Counted from the stretch's first letter, positions 1 to 15,271 are shown. The stretch is DNA of 64,000 nucleotides from Octopus bimaculoides (GCF_001194135.2 NC_068982.1:87326751-87390750); one strand, 5' to 3'. Made by a program: numbers and translations. Notes: generated from the letters alone by a model not told the origin.

Positions 1-52
<52 letters not shown>
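1..52. repeat. (GA)n microsatellite; representative of many (GT)n, (TA)n, (GA)n and (ATGT)n tracts (e.g. 1028-1081, 10028-10090, 45465-45538, 50235-50435, 54485-54558, 58425-58655, 59320-59445)
   Basis: Directly visible. Confidence 0.95.
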
Positions 53-53
<1 letters not shown>

Positions 54-1026
54 TTCCTGTCCTAACAGTGTCTGATAGCTACAAACAAGCACCACTGTCA
101 CACAAACAGTGTCATCTGCCACTAATATTTCATGAAAATATGTCCACTCATGGAGTACACGATCTTGCTTAGAAACAGATGAGAGCATCTGGCTGTAAAA
201 ATTCTGCCTCAACAAGCTCTGTCCAACCCATGCAAGCATGGAAAAATGGACATTAAAATGGTAATGATGCTCATTATACTAATGAAATATCAGGCTCTTT
301 CTATTTTCTTCTCCATCACTTAACTAACTACATACTTTTGTTTTCTTTATAGAAGTAATTTGGTTGCAATTTCTTAGTTGTCTTGCAAAAAAAAAAAAAA
401 AAAAAAAAAGGAAAAAGATTTTTAATCAAAAAATAAAAAAAACAAACACCAAAAAGTCTAGCTGAATGAGAAAATTGCTTGCATTCTTTATACTTAAATG
501 CAAAGGCTAAAATTAGTATGTAATATATAATTACTGGACCATAATTATAATTTGGTGGAAAACAATTCATGTCAATTGTCAGGCAACAATGACTGGGCTG
601 GAAATTGGAGTTTTTAGATAGTAGGTCTTGTTTAACGTTAAGCTCAACCCTAACTAAATAGGCCTATCATCAAAAGCATTCTAGCCAGAAACATCCCGTC
701 TTTCTAGGGGCCTCTAAGATATTATTCAATAAGCCCTTCCAATTTTCAACATGATAGGATGTGATTTAGAGGGAGATTCAGCTGCTATTTCTAGTAGATT
801 AGCAGAGCTTCTTCATTGCCTTGTTGGTTATATTAAGAAACTCAATGTTATTGCATCTTCTATTTTAGTTTAATTATAGAATTATAAAATTGAAACAAAA
901 AAGAAGAATGAAGGAGTGAATAGAGAAGGTAAGTGAGGGAGAAGGTGGACGAGTAGTAAGGAGAGTACTCAAATGTCATATGTGAGTGGGAGTGAACAAG
1001 TGGGTGTGAGAGAAAGAGAAGGTAAT

Positions 1027-1081
<55 letters not shown>

Positions 1082-1958
1082 ATTTGAAACTGACTATAAT
1101 TTTAGCAGCTTTTACATTTTTTTTTTTTAAATTATTGAATTGGATTTTACTTTCTGTTATTATATAAATATTAATCAGTAACTCAGTTTGATGGTCGTGC
1201 TTCCAGTATGCTTCACACACACATTCTCTGCAATGCATGATTTCAAACCTAGAGTGGCAGTGCTGTTGAGTTTCCATCATTATTACCTCAGTATGTTTGT
1301 TGTTGTTTAGCCCAGGTTGACATTAATCAAGCAGAGATATGATCAAAGCCATTCCGGTTGTATTTCCAGAGACAGTGAACATAGAAACATTTTTTTAAAA
1401 ATGGTCGGCTTAGATTTGAAAGAGATTTGGCTGCTATTCTAGCAGGTCAAGCAATGACAGAGGTTGGACCATCAAGCTGATTGGTTGTATCTTTGGTTAT
1501 GTATGGTATCTCAGTTTAACTGTCCAATGAGGCTTGGTCACTTGGTCACTTGCTCAGTGTGAAACTTCAACTGCCAAATCTCGATTTGTTCAAGTACTAG
1601 TTTTATTTTGATCAGAATTGATGTTGTCATGTACTTCCTGATATATCTGAGATTTAGGAATGTTTTACAATTGTTTTATTTTAGGCTTTTTTTGTAAAGA
1701 AAGCTGAAACATTTAAAAGGTGTGTGTATCAGATTAACAGATAAGTTTGTTCAGTTTCCTGTTTATTTTAATCCCTCCGAACATTATTTGAATTAACATA
1801 AACACTTTTATTGAAGTGCTTTATGTTCTTTTTTGTAGCTATATTCTTCCTGTGAAATATTGTTCGTTTTAAAAATTTGAAAAGATTTTACCTCTTTTCA
1901 TACATATCATGGAGTGCCGAGTACAACAAATAAGAAATAAACAAACTAATCTGCTAAC

Positions 1959-2014
<56 letters not shown>

Positions 2015-2941
2015 GAGGCATGGCTGTCTGGTAAGCTTGCTTCCCAACCACATGTTCCAGTTTCAGTCCCACTGCATAGCACCTTGAGCAAGTGTCTTCC
2101 ACTATAGCCTCAGGCCGACCAAAGCCTTGTGAGCAGATCTGGTAAACAGGAACTGAAAGAAGCCCATCGTATGATGATTTGAAAACACAATGCCTAATAA
2201 TCTAACAGTATATCTTTTCTAACCCTCTGATGGGATTTTGCCCAATACAATGATTTAATTATTGTAATTTTAATCTTTTAGGCTAAATTGAAAGAGCTGT
2301 AAAAGAATACGTTGGATTTTTGCAGATAATAAATTATATTAATGCTACATCTCCATTATATGGTTGGGGAATTTTCTTATGCAATAATGGCTGCTAATTC
2401 AAAGAGGTATCCAACTGACATACCAGTGAATTGGATGTTTAACACACTCCTTTGAAGGATTTCTTTTCCTCAGTTTGTTACTTTATGTGTATGTGTGTAT
2501 CTTAGTATCTGTGTTTATCCCCATCACCATTGCTTGACAACTGGTGTTGGTGTGTTTATATCTCCATAACTTAGTGGTTCAGAAAAAGAGACCAATAGAA
2601 TAAGTACCAGGCTTACAAAGAATAGTCCTAGGGTCGATCCTTTGACTAAAAGGTGCTGCTCCAGCATAGCCCCAGTCAAATGACTGAAACAAGAATATAT
2701 ATGCGAGAGAGAGACTATCAGTTTATATTGAATAAAAAGAAATCTGATAAATAAAAAAACATGATAGAAAACAATTAGATTTGAGTTAAGTTTTCAATAC
2801 CTAATTACCCTGTGCTTTCAATGAGCTGATCTACATTTACAAGCACAAATATAATTTAATGCATATGTATGTACATTTTGACAGTAATTTACATAAAAAA
2901 TATAATTAAAAAGGATAAAATATGATATATCGTTTAACATG

Positions 2942-2973
<32 letters not shown>

Positions 2974-5900
2974 GAGGGAAAAGCAATTCATTTTAACATT
3001 TTATATTGTAAGACGCAATGTTATACATAAATATAATGTAACATAAGGTAACTGTCGTAACTTAATATTTTCTTCCTATTTTTAGAAGGAAACTTTAATA
3101 AATCAAAGACCAGACCTAGGTTGAATTAGCAGCCATTATTGCAAAGAAATATTGCATAAGAAAATTTCCCAACCCAGATCTGGTAATGCTTCACAACTAA
3201 TAATCCTAATACTATTACTAAAATTATCATCATTATTATTATTATTATTATTATATCAACAATGATGGCCAAGGTCAACTTTGCCTTTCATCCTTTCAAG
3301 ATCAATAAATTAAGTACCAGTCAAGTTCTGGGGTTGATGTAATCGACTATCCCCCTCCCCACACATTCCAGACCTTGTGCCTTCAGGAGAAGGGATTATT
3401 ATTACAACTACTATCATCAATTTTCACTAAAATTTATGTCATTGTGGTCAGCTCTTCCTTTGTTGATATATTTGAAAAGAATAAGGAAGTGTGATCATTG
3501 AGTAAAAACATGCAGCCATGCAGAAAGAAAAGAAAAAAGGTGTAATTACTTCTCTCGGGAAAGGGAGCCTAGACATTTGGTCAACTAGTTGCAAATATTA
3601 ACCATATTATACCAGTCCAGCTATAACTATCATGGTCATTTTGTATGCTTCCTTGGCCGACTGGTTATATCATAATATTAATACAACTCAACAATCTAGC
3701 TGTCATGGACTGAAATGCTGATAAAACATGGAATTACATTCTTCGTTTATTCTTTGCCGCCACTCTTGATAATTAAAACAATCAACTGTAATGTTTTTTT
3801 GGTTCCTGCTATAAAGTAACAGAAGGCCAATTAAGTGGCAGAAATCAACATACTTATTCTCACTATTGCCTTATTATCCTAGAGGTAATTGCAGCCAGCT
3901 TAGCCTATCCTTTATGGTAGGGTATGTCAAACAACAAAACAAATACTGTGATATATATTATAAATTATGATTAGCAATTCAAAACATTTTTTTTTCTTTT
4001 ATACAGTTTTGTTGAGTGAATGATTAATGACTTGAATTATGGAATTTGGTATATATTAGGCTACCAAAGTACAAACTTGCACAAACTTGTAACACCAGTG
4101 GTCTTTATGCTTGTCTCACTGTGTTGGTAATAAATAGCCTCATGTTGCATGTATTCAGAACAGTCATGGAGATCACAATACTATATTACATAAAGCACAG
4201 AACTCTGTGAGTCATTGAGGAACCAAATCTCCCTTAACCCATTACCTCCCATAATTCTATTAACTGGAATTTTTTTTATGAAACTTTGATTTCTAGCATA
4301 AAACAGCCTTAGAAACACACTAGAATGATCAGAATAACATTTTAAATAGAAATAAGCGAGATATTGGGTGAAAAATTAGCAAACCTCATTTGAATATCAG
4401 AGAAATATACCTAGTAGATATAGCAAAAAGGTTAGATATGTGTAAATATTGACAGATAATTAGGAAATTTGTAATTTTTAAGTGATCTCATATGAGATCA
4501 CTGGTAGGTAATGGGTTAATGGATCCTGATAGTCATAATCTTTAGAATGGCAACCTTTTGTGACCAATCCTAAATGTGGACACTGCTCATACTAAGGTTG
4601 GAGGAAGGTTTACATGTAACATAGTCAGTTGTAGGTTTCATCTTGAGTATGACAGGGCAGAGCTAACTGGGATTACCTTACAAAAACTAACTCCCTAGTT
4701 GTATGATTTAGTGGTTCAAATGTAGTTCTTCTCCATTCTTAGCAAGATGTTGCAATAAGAAATATGTGCTTCCTTACCCAGTATCTAAACAGTGACCTTA
4801 CTAAAATAATAATACTAAATGAAGACATGTTAACTAAAATACTAACATGTACTCTTCAAGTAATGGGCACAAGATTAGTTAAGTGGTTAAGAAGCTCTCT
4901 TTGCGACTATATGGCACTGAGTGACACCTTAGGCAAGTATGTGATCCAACTCCTCAGATCAACCAAAGCTTCCTGAAGCAAATTTGGTTGACAAAAATTG
5001 CTCAGGAGCCTATAAGAAGGACAATTCTTGTTTCTATTTTATTCTTTTTTTTTTAGTAGACTCAAATTATTGACTAGTTTAGCACAATTATCTCATCTAG
5101 TTTAGCACCATTATCAAAATCCACTTTGTTGATGACTTGTTCCCTTTCACCCCCACCCACAATTACAAAGGGTTGGGAAACAACTATGCATCGTTCAACC
5201 TCCTGTGACTAATCCATTAAAAAAAAAAAGAAGACCCCAGAGAACTGTTTGTATACATGAGATAGTGTGGCAACTGTTTATACACCCATATACCTTAGGC
5301 CACAAGCAAAAGCTCTTTTCACTAACTTGTCTAACAGTCTAGATCACAACTGGGTGGTCTTCTCTTTTGTCTCTTCTACTGTTAATACAACAGTCTCAGA
5401 TTCCTTCAACTAGTTAATTGAACTTCTCCATACAAGCCCAATCCATCTCTTTTCTTCTTACTACTCTTACTGTACTTTAACCAAGATGCTGCATAAAATA
5501 TTTCACCCAATCCTTCTTCCCTAGAATTCCTTGGAAATTCACCCAACCCCAACCTCTCCAACACTTTTCCTACAAACATACGGCTGAATATTAACTACAT
5601 TAATTTCACTAGTCTGAGAGAGACTGTAAAGGCACCTTCTCTCTCTCAACTTATAAAAGAGAATATTAAAATAAAATCTTTCACTACTGTAGTTCCTTGA
5701 ATATCATTAATAATGTAAAAGATGTTAATATTTGAAGGAACTTTTTAAAGAAAGGAAATGGCAATACACATCAAATACTAATAAAGCAGTCATTTAATAG
5801 CTTTTAATTAATGAATTTTTACTATCTTTGTCCAACCAGATCTTATAATAGCTACTATACACAGACTGAGCAATATTATTTGAATCAAAGAATTTGCAAT

Positions 5901-7516
5901 TAGAGCCAGTGGAGTGATGCCCCACCCACCCAGAAAATACTACAGTACAAACTTGATAAATTTCCTGTTGGAGAATTGAACAACTTTCTCTTTTAATGAG
6001 ATATTCTTAATCGAAATGTTGGTTTAACAAATATTGTTCATTTTGAAAAATATATGAAAGAAATTATTATTATTATTATTTTTATTACCATTGTTATTAA
6101 GGCAGCAAGCTGGCAGAATTATTACTATGCTGGACAAAGTGCTTAGTGACATTTCTTCTAGTTATTTATGTTCTGAGTTCAACTTTGCCATTCATCCTTT
6201 TGGGGATGATAAAATGAATGTCACTTGAATACTGAGGTTGATGTAATTGACTCTTGCTGGTCTTGTGCCAATATTAGAATTATTTTACATTAAAAACTGG
6301 AGAAAGCCAGTACTCAAAGCTTTTACAGATATACACATACTGTCAAGATCAATGTGATTGCTGTTTAGCTTGAAATTTCTGAAAATTGATATCATCATCA
6401 TCATGCATAATTGTGGAGGGTGATGCATTCTATGGAGAAAAGTTTTGGTAAAGCATTTAGTGCAGATTTTTTTGAGAGAGAGAGAGAGAGAAGAAGAGGC
6501 AGTGCATTAGGTAGCAGACAATTTACTAGTTCAGAAAAAGCAGAAACCATTATGATAGCAGAAGCAAAAACAGAAAAAGAATCAAGCACATCAATATGCT
6601 AGTGGGTATGTGTTGGTGAGCAAAAGTTTATCAATCAGATGAACAGCTTGGAGGAGGGGGTGGTTTAACCTAGAATTAATATGTAACAGCTGCTCTGTAA
6701 CATATGTGAGGAATACATTTGTTAAAGCTTGCACTTGTGTCTTCTTAGTATAGGATCAGCAGTTAATCAGACATAAAACAGTTTCAGGTTTGAGAAGATA
6801 TTCTTTAAAATGCAGTTAGTTATATATGGTCCACATCATCTCTTAAACTCACCCTCTCATACCTTGAGAGTTTGCTCTGTCACCCCCATCACTACCATTT
6901 TCTCAGCTGCTCACCCACTTTTTATAATGTGGAGTAAGCATGAAATCCTCCTCTATAGCAACACACCTGTGCTTGTCCCTCAATCACATTTTAAACTTGC
7001 AATAGCTGGTATAAAACTACCCCCTCTCTCAAATATTCCTCCCACTCAGTAATGTTCAAACTACCACCCCAAACACCTTTTTTTCTTTTTACCTTGCAAG
7101 TTACATAGCAATCTCTCTAGTGCTAATGGCATGAAAAAAGCACCCAGCACACACTGTGAAGTAGTTGGCATTAGGAGAGGCATCCAACTGTAGAAACCAT
7201 GCCAAAGCTGACCCAGAAGCTTGGCACAGCCTTGCTGCTTACTCAAACATGTTGAACTGACAAAGCCAGGCTAGCATGGAAAATGGATGTTAAATGATGA
7301 TGACGATAATTAGAAAGAAAGAAATGCAGAAGACCAAAGACTAGTGATATATGAAACAGTGCTTGTGAATTTGTGGTTGCAGTGATTCTTTTTCTATCAT
7401 TCAAATGGTCTTCTTTCAGATGTGATCAATACTTCAATGATTTTTTTTCAGAGAACTGTCAATTTACCAGACCTGAAGTACACTCTAGTTTTGAAGAAGA
7501 AGCCTAGACACTGGAT

Positions 7517-7556
<40 letters not shown>

Positions 7557-10024
7557 ATCATTTAATGTCCATTTTCCAAGCTGGCAAGGGTTGGATGGTT
7601 TGACCAGAGCTGACAAGCTAAGGAGCTGCACCAGACACCAGTTTGTTTTGGCATGGTTTCTATAACTGGATGCCCTTCCTAATACCAACCACTTCACAGA
7701 GTGTGCTGAGTGCTTTTACATGGCACTGCATGAGCACTATCATAATTTAATATCCACTTTTCCATGCTTGCATGGGTCAGACAGAATTTATTGAGTCAGA
7801 TTTTTTATAGCCATATGTCCTTCCTATCACCAACTATAACCAAGCAAGGTAATGTTTTCCAAATGCCAGACACGTTATCCATAGAAGACTAGAAATGAAC
7901 AACACATGACATTGACACTTGTTTACTACCATAATGTGATGGTAAGACACACATGGGTTTCTTTCTGTTTCAGACTACCAAATTCACTCACAAGGGTTTG
8001 GTCTACCCAGAAGTATAGAAGATACTTGCCCATGCCACAGAGTGGGACTGAACCTGAACTCACATAGTTGGGAAGTAAGCTTCTTAACCACACACACACA
8101 CACACACACATACACACACACGAATAGTCTCAGAGGGATGCCTTCTAAGGAGAAAGGTTTCAATAAAGAGTTTACTAGAGTTTCCTGGGAGAGCAAGTTT
8201 AGTTTAGAAAAGCAGAAACAAAAACAGAAATAGGACACAGCACATTGATAAGCCATGAAACCATCATAGTTACATCTAAATATGTAGCTTCTTGATGGCT
8301 TTAGTTGCTTACAGTTCATATAGAAAGGATATATGTTTTCTCCACATGTGTAGTTGCTGCATTTTAATATGACTGAAGGAGGCCAGATTGTCATTACTAT
8401 AGTTTGTGTTTGATGTGAGGTATCTAATTTGTATGTTTATGCTACCTGTGTGCAAAAAGCCAGAAATCCATATTAAAGCTAACATTGGCTATAAAACACT
8501 AAACCCAACAGCTGAGTAAATAGATAAAGTATATAACCTGGAAAGTACCTCACCATCGTTGATATGTGTCCGTTCTACTATATTACACTCCAGCATCTAC
8601 AGATTGCTTTTATTCTTTTGGGTTAAAAAAAACAGAAAGGGCAAAAGAATAAAATGAGAAATTTATCAATGCTGATGAGAAATGAATTATAGGAAATCTG
8701 AATTAGAGAAAGAAAAAACAAAACATAAAAGTATTGATATAATTATTTCCTTGCAGTATTTCTTCCAGTTCTTTGTGTTCTGAGTTCAAATCCTACCAGG
8801 GCTAACTTTGCCTTTCATTCTTTTGAGGATTCATAAAGTACCTTTCGAGGATTCATAAAAAACCTATCAAGTAGTGGAATCAAAAGTACTGACTAACTTC
8901 TACCCACAAAATTGCTGGCCTTGAGTCTAAATCTGAAACCATTATTATTAAACCTGTTTCCTAAACGCCTTGGGTAAGTGTCTTACTATAGTCCTAGGCC
9001 AACCGAAGCCATCATAGGAAAAGGAAGGACTATGGCTACTATAGTATTAGACAGTGTTTTTTTTTTAAATCTTTTACTTAATTCAGTATTGTTCTGCAGC
9101 CATACTGGAGCACTACTTTGAAATGTTTAGTTGAACAGGCCAACTTCACTTACTTTTCAAGTCTGGTACTTATTCTATTGACCAAACTACTAAGTTACTG
9201 AGACATAAACAAACCAACAGCAGTTGTTAAGTAATGAATGGTGGACAAACACAAAGACACACATATACATGCACATCATAGGTTTCTACACCGTTTCTGT
9301 CTATCAAATTTAGTCACAAGGCATTGGTTGGCCTGAGGCATTAGTAGAAAACCTTTACCTAAGGTGCTGTGCAGTAGGGCATTAGGGTTCAATGTGAAAC
9401 CATGCGGTTGCAAAGTGAGCTTCTTAACCACACAGCAATGCCTAGAATGAGCTTTTGATTCTAGTTGTGTTGGATCACAGCTGACACAGGACTGAAAACC
9501 ATGTCTAAGAAGTAACATTAAATAGGATGTTCTTTTACACAGCGATAGTCTTTTTTCTCAACATCTGCTTTTATTCTCAAGAAGATGATATAGGTTTTAT
9601 TACAGTTAGCCTCTAGTTCATATTGTTTTATTGTGTGTTACTGGCAAAGTGTGGAAATAATGTCTATGACTATCACAGGCTGTTTGGTGAAATCAATAAA
9701 GTAAATGTTCAGCTTGAACACCAGTAAAATCAACATCTGCAAGAAAAACATGGGTAGGGAGAAAATACCAGAGAGATGGATAAAAAAAAGGGAAGTAAAG
9801 CAAAGTAAGCACCTTAGACATTAATGCCTTGAGTCCTAGAACTCACAGGGCCAGTTACTCAGTTTCCATGGTGTATAAGTGGCCAACATCATTAACATTT
9901 CTTTTGAACAGGACACCATTGCAGGATTAACTAATTTACAGATGAGTGGACTGGAGCAATGTGAAAGGAACTGTTTTGCTGATGATATGTAACAAGCTAG
10001 TGCAGAGGAATAGAAGTCATTAAA

Positions 10025-10067
<43 letters not shown>

Positions 10068-10389
10068 TAGAGAGAGAGAGATAGAGAGAGAAAGAGAATT
10101 ATGTGCATAAATAAAACTGCTTGGTTTTGACATATAAAATACATATACACATGTAAATAGAAGGAAAGCAAAGCGAACATTTCCTGAAGATGACTATTCA
10201 AGCATAAATATATAGATATTTATATATTAATAGAGAAAACTGTGGACTTGGTTACTGATAAAGATATTGGAGTGTAAGTTCAAATCATTTACATGCTACG
10301 AAGTGTTTTCTATATTGAGAATCTCTGGATCTCATCTGTTGACTATATATATAATGATGATGATCATACACACACACACACGCACGCAC

Positions 10390-10605
10390 ACAAGGGGTGC
10401 TGGAAAGTTCCTGGCTTTGAGTAAAAGAAAATACAGGAGGATCAGTTAATTATGATTTTATTCAACATATTCACCTCTCAGATTCACACACTTATTGCAG
10501 TGGTCCCTCAGTTTTTTTTCTAAACCCTGTAAAAGGGTTCAGAAGGTTGGGCCTCCAACTTGGCCTTTCATGATACCCTTAAAGTGAGGAACATTTCAGC
10601 ACTCC
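10390..10605 (-). mobile_element. Mariner-derived MITE
   Basis: TIR-like GGGTGCTGGAAAGTTCCTGGCTTT at the left end with a degenerate mirror at the right. Reverse-oriented homologue of 16609-16811. Confidence 0.7.
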
Positions 10606-10611
10606 CACCCC

Positions 10612-10652
<41 letters not shown>

Positions 10653-12574
10653 GTCAATTAAACAACCAAACAATAAAAAAAAGGCGAATAAAAAGCAAAG
10701 AGAAAAAAAACGAATGTGAAGATGTGCACAAGAATTATATTAGTTTCAAAGAGAGTGTTTTGAGCATACTTCTTTGTTGGAAAGGAGAAAGAGAGAAGTC
10801 TAGAGAAGAAGGAAAAAGGAAAATCACTGACTGTCCACGTGTGGTTACATTTCTGAAGTAACACACACACACACATGTATGCATGTTTGTATGTGACTGT
10901 TTGTCCCCACCTCCATTTGAGAACTTGTGTTGGGTTGTAAACATCCCCATAACTTAGTTTGGCAAAAGAGACCAACAGAATAAGTAACAGACTTTAAAAA
11001 ATAAGTACTGGGGTCAATTTGTCCAACTAAACTCATCAAGGTGGTGCTCCTGCAGGGTCATTGTCCAAAGACTGAAACAAGGTAAAAAGATCCTATTTCT
11101 GTGCTGGGCTATGTTCATGATTCAGAAAATTTGAGCTTCAATAAGTTGAAAACAAAAATAACATACGTAATGATGACTTAGCTTTCATACAACTAAGTTA
11201 AGCTATTATTAGAATGTAGCAAACATCTTTCAATATCAGCCCACATACAACCAAGTTTAATGTTTTCTTCAAGCCTGCCTCAGAAATGTCTTCATTCAGT
11301 ATTTCTTTTTTTATCTTACGTTATCTATCTTTATCTCTGATGTATTACATCTATCATATGAATGAGCATATCACATTCTCATTCTTTACAAAACATGATG
11401 TAACTCACTGAGATAACATTAAATAATTACATTTAAGGGATTCCTCTACTCCCGTTCCTTCTCATTCAAAACCAACTTCATGTTAAATAATAAACCTTCC
11501 AGTTGCAGTGGATTTTGTACTCCTTTGGTAGGGATGAGTTCAATTTTCAGAAAAGCTCATTTTCAGATTCCAGATAAATATGAATGACAATTTCTCAGTG
11601 ACTTCAAACTGGATCATTAATTATGTAATAGATGTTTTTGGCTAAAGTGAAATAGGAACTCTACAAACAGTCTCTAATTTAAGCACAGAAATGGTAGAGA
11701 TAAATATCTTATGCATTCTTTTATCTGTGGTAATAATTTTTTTTAGAGCCCCACCTAAAAACTGAGTGAGAAAACTTATGTAGAGAAGTAAAGAGCAAAA
11801 TGAAGAAAGAAAAAGATGTATTTCAATTTTTTAGCTTTCCTTACATACATTTCAGTCACTGGACCTTGGCCATGCTAGAGCAGATCTTGAATGGTATAAT
11901 CGAGCAAACCAACCCCAGTACTCTTTTTGAAAAAAGAGCCTCGCACTTATTCCATCAACCTCTTTCACCTAACTACCAAATTACAGATGCAAACAAACCA
12001 ACACCAGTTGGCAAGTGATGGTAGGGGTAGGAGACACACACACACACACACAATAGGCTTCCACAGTTTTCATCAAAACATTCATTTATAAGGCATTGGT
12101 TGGTCTGAGGCTATAGTAAAAGACACTTGCCCAAGGTATTATGCTTGCAGTGGAACTAAACCCTAAACCATGTGCTTGCAAAGCAAGCTCCTTAACCACA
12201 CAGCCCTGCCTGCAGCTAATATATACAAATCTATAGTAAAATTAGATACATTATTATGTTGAGTTCTACATAATGCGATGTTCAAATAACAATATACCTT
12301 TGCTACATTTATGTACTTGTTTTGCAAGATTCTTGATGTGAAATCATGCGTTGAGGAGGGTCATATTTTGTCAACTAAACACACAAGAAGACACATGGGA
12401 TAAAACATCATTGATGAGTTCACACAATGTGTAACAAAAGAGTTTTGACATAGAAACAAAAATAATAATAAAGCTGAAGTAAAAACCAAACGTGTGTGTG
12501 TGTGTGTGTTTAATTGGCAAATTATGACCATGCCCAAGTATTAACCCCCAACCTGATACATCCACACTTCATTT

Positions 12575-14505
12575 CTCCCTCAACTGCTGTTCATTCGCGG
12601 GGAAATTTTACAAACAGGTCTCGGGAGTGGCCATGGGAATAGGAACGGGCCCCAACTATGCATACCTGTTCATTGGCTATATTGAGGCTCAAATATTTTT
12701 AAGATTCACTGGTTCCACTCCTGAACTATACAGGCGTTATATTGATGACTGTATCAGTGTGATCTTGCTCTCCCACAAACAACTAGACTCATCCTCTCTT
12801 TTGTCCAATCTTTCCATCCTGCCCTCGAATTCTCCTGCACTATTTCCAACACTTTCATCGTCTTTCTCGACATTTTGGTCAACATACACCACTCCACTCT
12901 CACCACCTCCATCCACTACTTATACACCAACTCACACTCATACCTCAACTTCTCCTCCTCCCATCATACTCGCACCAAGCTCTCTATCCCCTACTCCCAA
13001 TTCCTGTCTGTGCAGGCTCTGCAGTGACAACCATGACTTTGAGACTCAGTCTCAACTCATGGCTCACCACTTCATCCTTCATGGATATCTCCTCATTACT
13101 ATCCACACCACCCTTGCCAGAGCATGTTCCATGGACCATGCCTCTGCACTCTCTACCCGCACCTGCCCTGCCATTACCCGTCTCCTGTTTCCCCTCACCT
13201 ACCACCCCTCCACCCTGCCTCTCCAAACGTTCCGGTGATTCCAGTCTGACCCCTCCACTTTGCACATCCTTTCCAACCTACCCCTCCCCTTCTTCAAACG
13301 NNNNNNNNNNAACTCATGGCTCACCACTTCATCCTTCATGGATATCTCCTCATTACTATCCACACCACCCTTGCCAGAGCATGTTCCATGGACCATGCCT
13401 CTGCACTCTCTACCCGCACCTGCCCTGCCATTACCCGTCTCCTGTTTCCCCTCACCTACCACCCCTCCACCCTGCCTCTCCAAACGTTCCGGTGATTCCA
13501 GTCTGACCCCTCCACTTTGCACATCCTTTCCAACCTACCCCTCCCCTTCTTCAAACGAGCCCACAACCTACGTGACCTCCTGGTCCACAGTTTCTTCCCT
13601 AACCCTTGCCGCACTTGCCCCTAACTCTCCAACACCACCATCTTCACAGGCACTCATCATCGTCCCTTTCATATCACTGACTCCTTTACATGCACTTCTA
13701 GCAACGTCATTTACTGCATCTCCTGCTCTTTCTGTCCGTCTCTGCACATCAAACGGAACACTGCTTGGCTAACTGGTTCACAGAACACCTCTGAGACATT
13801 AGACTCAGCAATGACACCCTGGTCTCACACCATTTCTGCTCTACTGGTCATTCATTACAACACCTGACTGGGCTTGGATTGTCTTTGCACAGGGGCCATC
13901 CAGACTCCCACCTTCACCATGAAGAGGAATTAATCTTCTCTGCATGCCACATGGGCTCAACTCACCTCACCTCCCCTCTTCATCTGACTCTCCTCCTCCT
14001 CTCTTCTCACATCTACTTTCTCTCTTCACTCCTACCCACCTTCTCCCTTCATCATTACCCCCCCCCTCCATTCACACCCTACCCCTACACATCCAAACCC
14101 CACCACCCNNNNNNNNNNNNNNNNNNNCCCCCACACAACACCACCCCTCGCACACTAGTACTGACCACTTCCCAGCACCCATACCATCATCCACACACCT
14201 ACACATTACAAATGCACACACTTACGCACACATCCACACATCAAGGTCACCAGCCCATCCACGTGCACATGCACTTTCGTTTTGGGATCACCAATACTTT
14301 ATTATCTCCCCTTCTTCCTAGCTCTCCTGGCTAACCACCTCTGTCCAGCTAGCCGCTAAAGCTTTTTTTATTCTCAGTTTATTTTCTCATGTTCCTTTCT
14401 GTTGAAGAGTGTAGGCTTGAAATGTAAAAGACTTTCTCACCTTCCTGAGCATTAAACTAATACACCTGTCTTCATCTTTTGTTTTTCTGTAAATTCCAAC
14501 TATAA
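12575..14505 (+). mobile_element. Degraded Penelope-like retroelement (RT + GIY-YIG + 3' terminal region)
   Basis: Translates to FYKQVSGVAMG...PELYRRYIDD (PLE-type RT) and SNVIYCISC (GIY-YIG start). Frameshifted and spans two N gaps. Confidence 0.85.
13301..13310. other. Assembly gap (others: 14109-14127, 24135-24319, 30756-30765, 43866-44076, 54559-54603, 57485-57494, 58124-58155)
   Basis: Runs of N; the short 10-N gaps are flanked by duplicated sequence. Confidence 0.99.
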
Positions 14506-15225
14506 CAATAATATATCTTTGATTGGAAGAACCCTGCAATATTTTCTATAAATGAGAAAATGTGACCCTGGGAGGGACTACATGACAAATATATAACTCA
14601 TTAGCTCTGTTTACAGTGTCAGCCTAGTCTAAAGATATAACTTAAGTCATTCATTTCCATCCATTTCAAAGTTTTTATCCTCATTAGCTTCCTATAAGTC
14701 CTTATCCCCACCTCTTCTCTGATTTTCTTGACCTTTATTTATTTATTTATTTATTTATGTGTTTCAGCCAAGTGGCTGCGGTCATGCTGGTGCACCACAC
14801 ATTTATGTTTATAATCCAGACAAAATATATAAAGATCTTATCTTTTATTGATTTATATTAGAGTGTGGAAGATATCATTCATCTTTTATATGTGTTCCAT
14901 CAATAAGATTAATGCTATTAAGAATGATGATTATATACACTGCCGTGTGCTTAATATTAGACTAAATGTCTGGAGGACCATAAAGTAATATCACTACCAA
15001 TTCAACACCAAAGACAAACACCAAGCTGACACAACCTATTGTGTATTAGACTATGCAACGATGAAACCGAGATGATTAAATGTGTATAACAAATAAAAAC
15101 AAACAAAAGAAACTGAGGTAATTTGTCAGAAATACAACAAAAACACATCAGTAATATTCAGTTCTATATTTAAGAGATGAGGAATTATTTACATTTGATG
15201 GATATTTGTTCTCATCTTGTCTGTT

Positions 15226-15271
15226 AACACAACGTTCCGGCTGATATAACCTCCAGCCTTCATCAGGTGTC
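15226..15271 (-). ncRNA. Minimal type-I hammerhead ribozyme-like motif (degenerate, GAAA>GGAA)
   Basis: Reads GACAC-CUGAUGA-A-GGCUG-loop-CAGCC-GGAAC-GUU-GUGUU. Stem I (GACAC/GUGUU), stem II and a palindromic ACGU helix III are present. Confidence 0.6.

Noticed and set aside
13066-13558. Apparent ~240-bp tandem duplication inside the Penelope element
   Set aside because: The copies flank a 10-N gap, typical of unmerged contig overlap. The same applies at 30715-30811 and 57424-57555.
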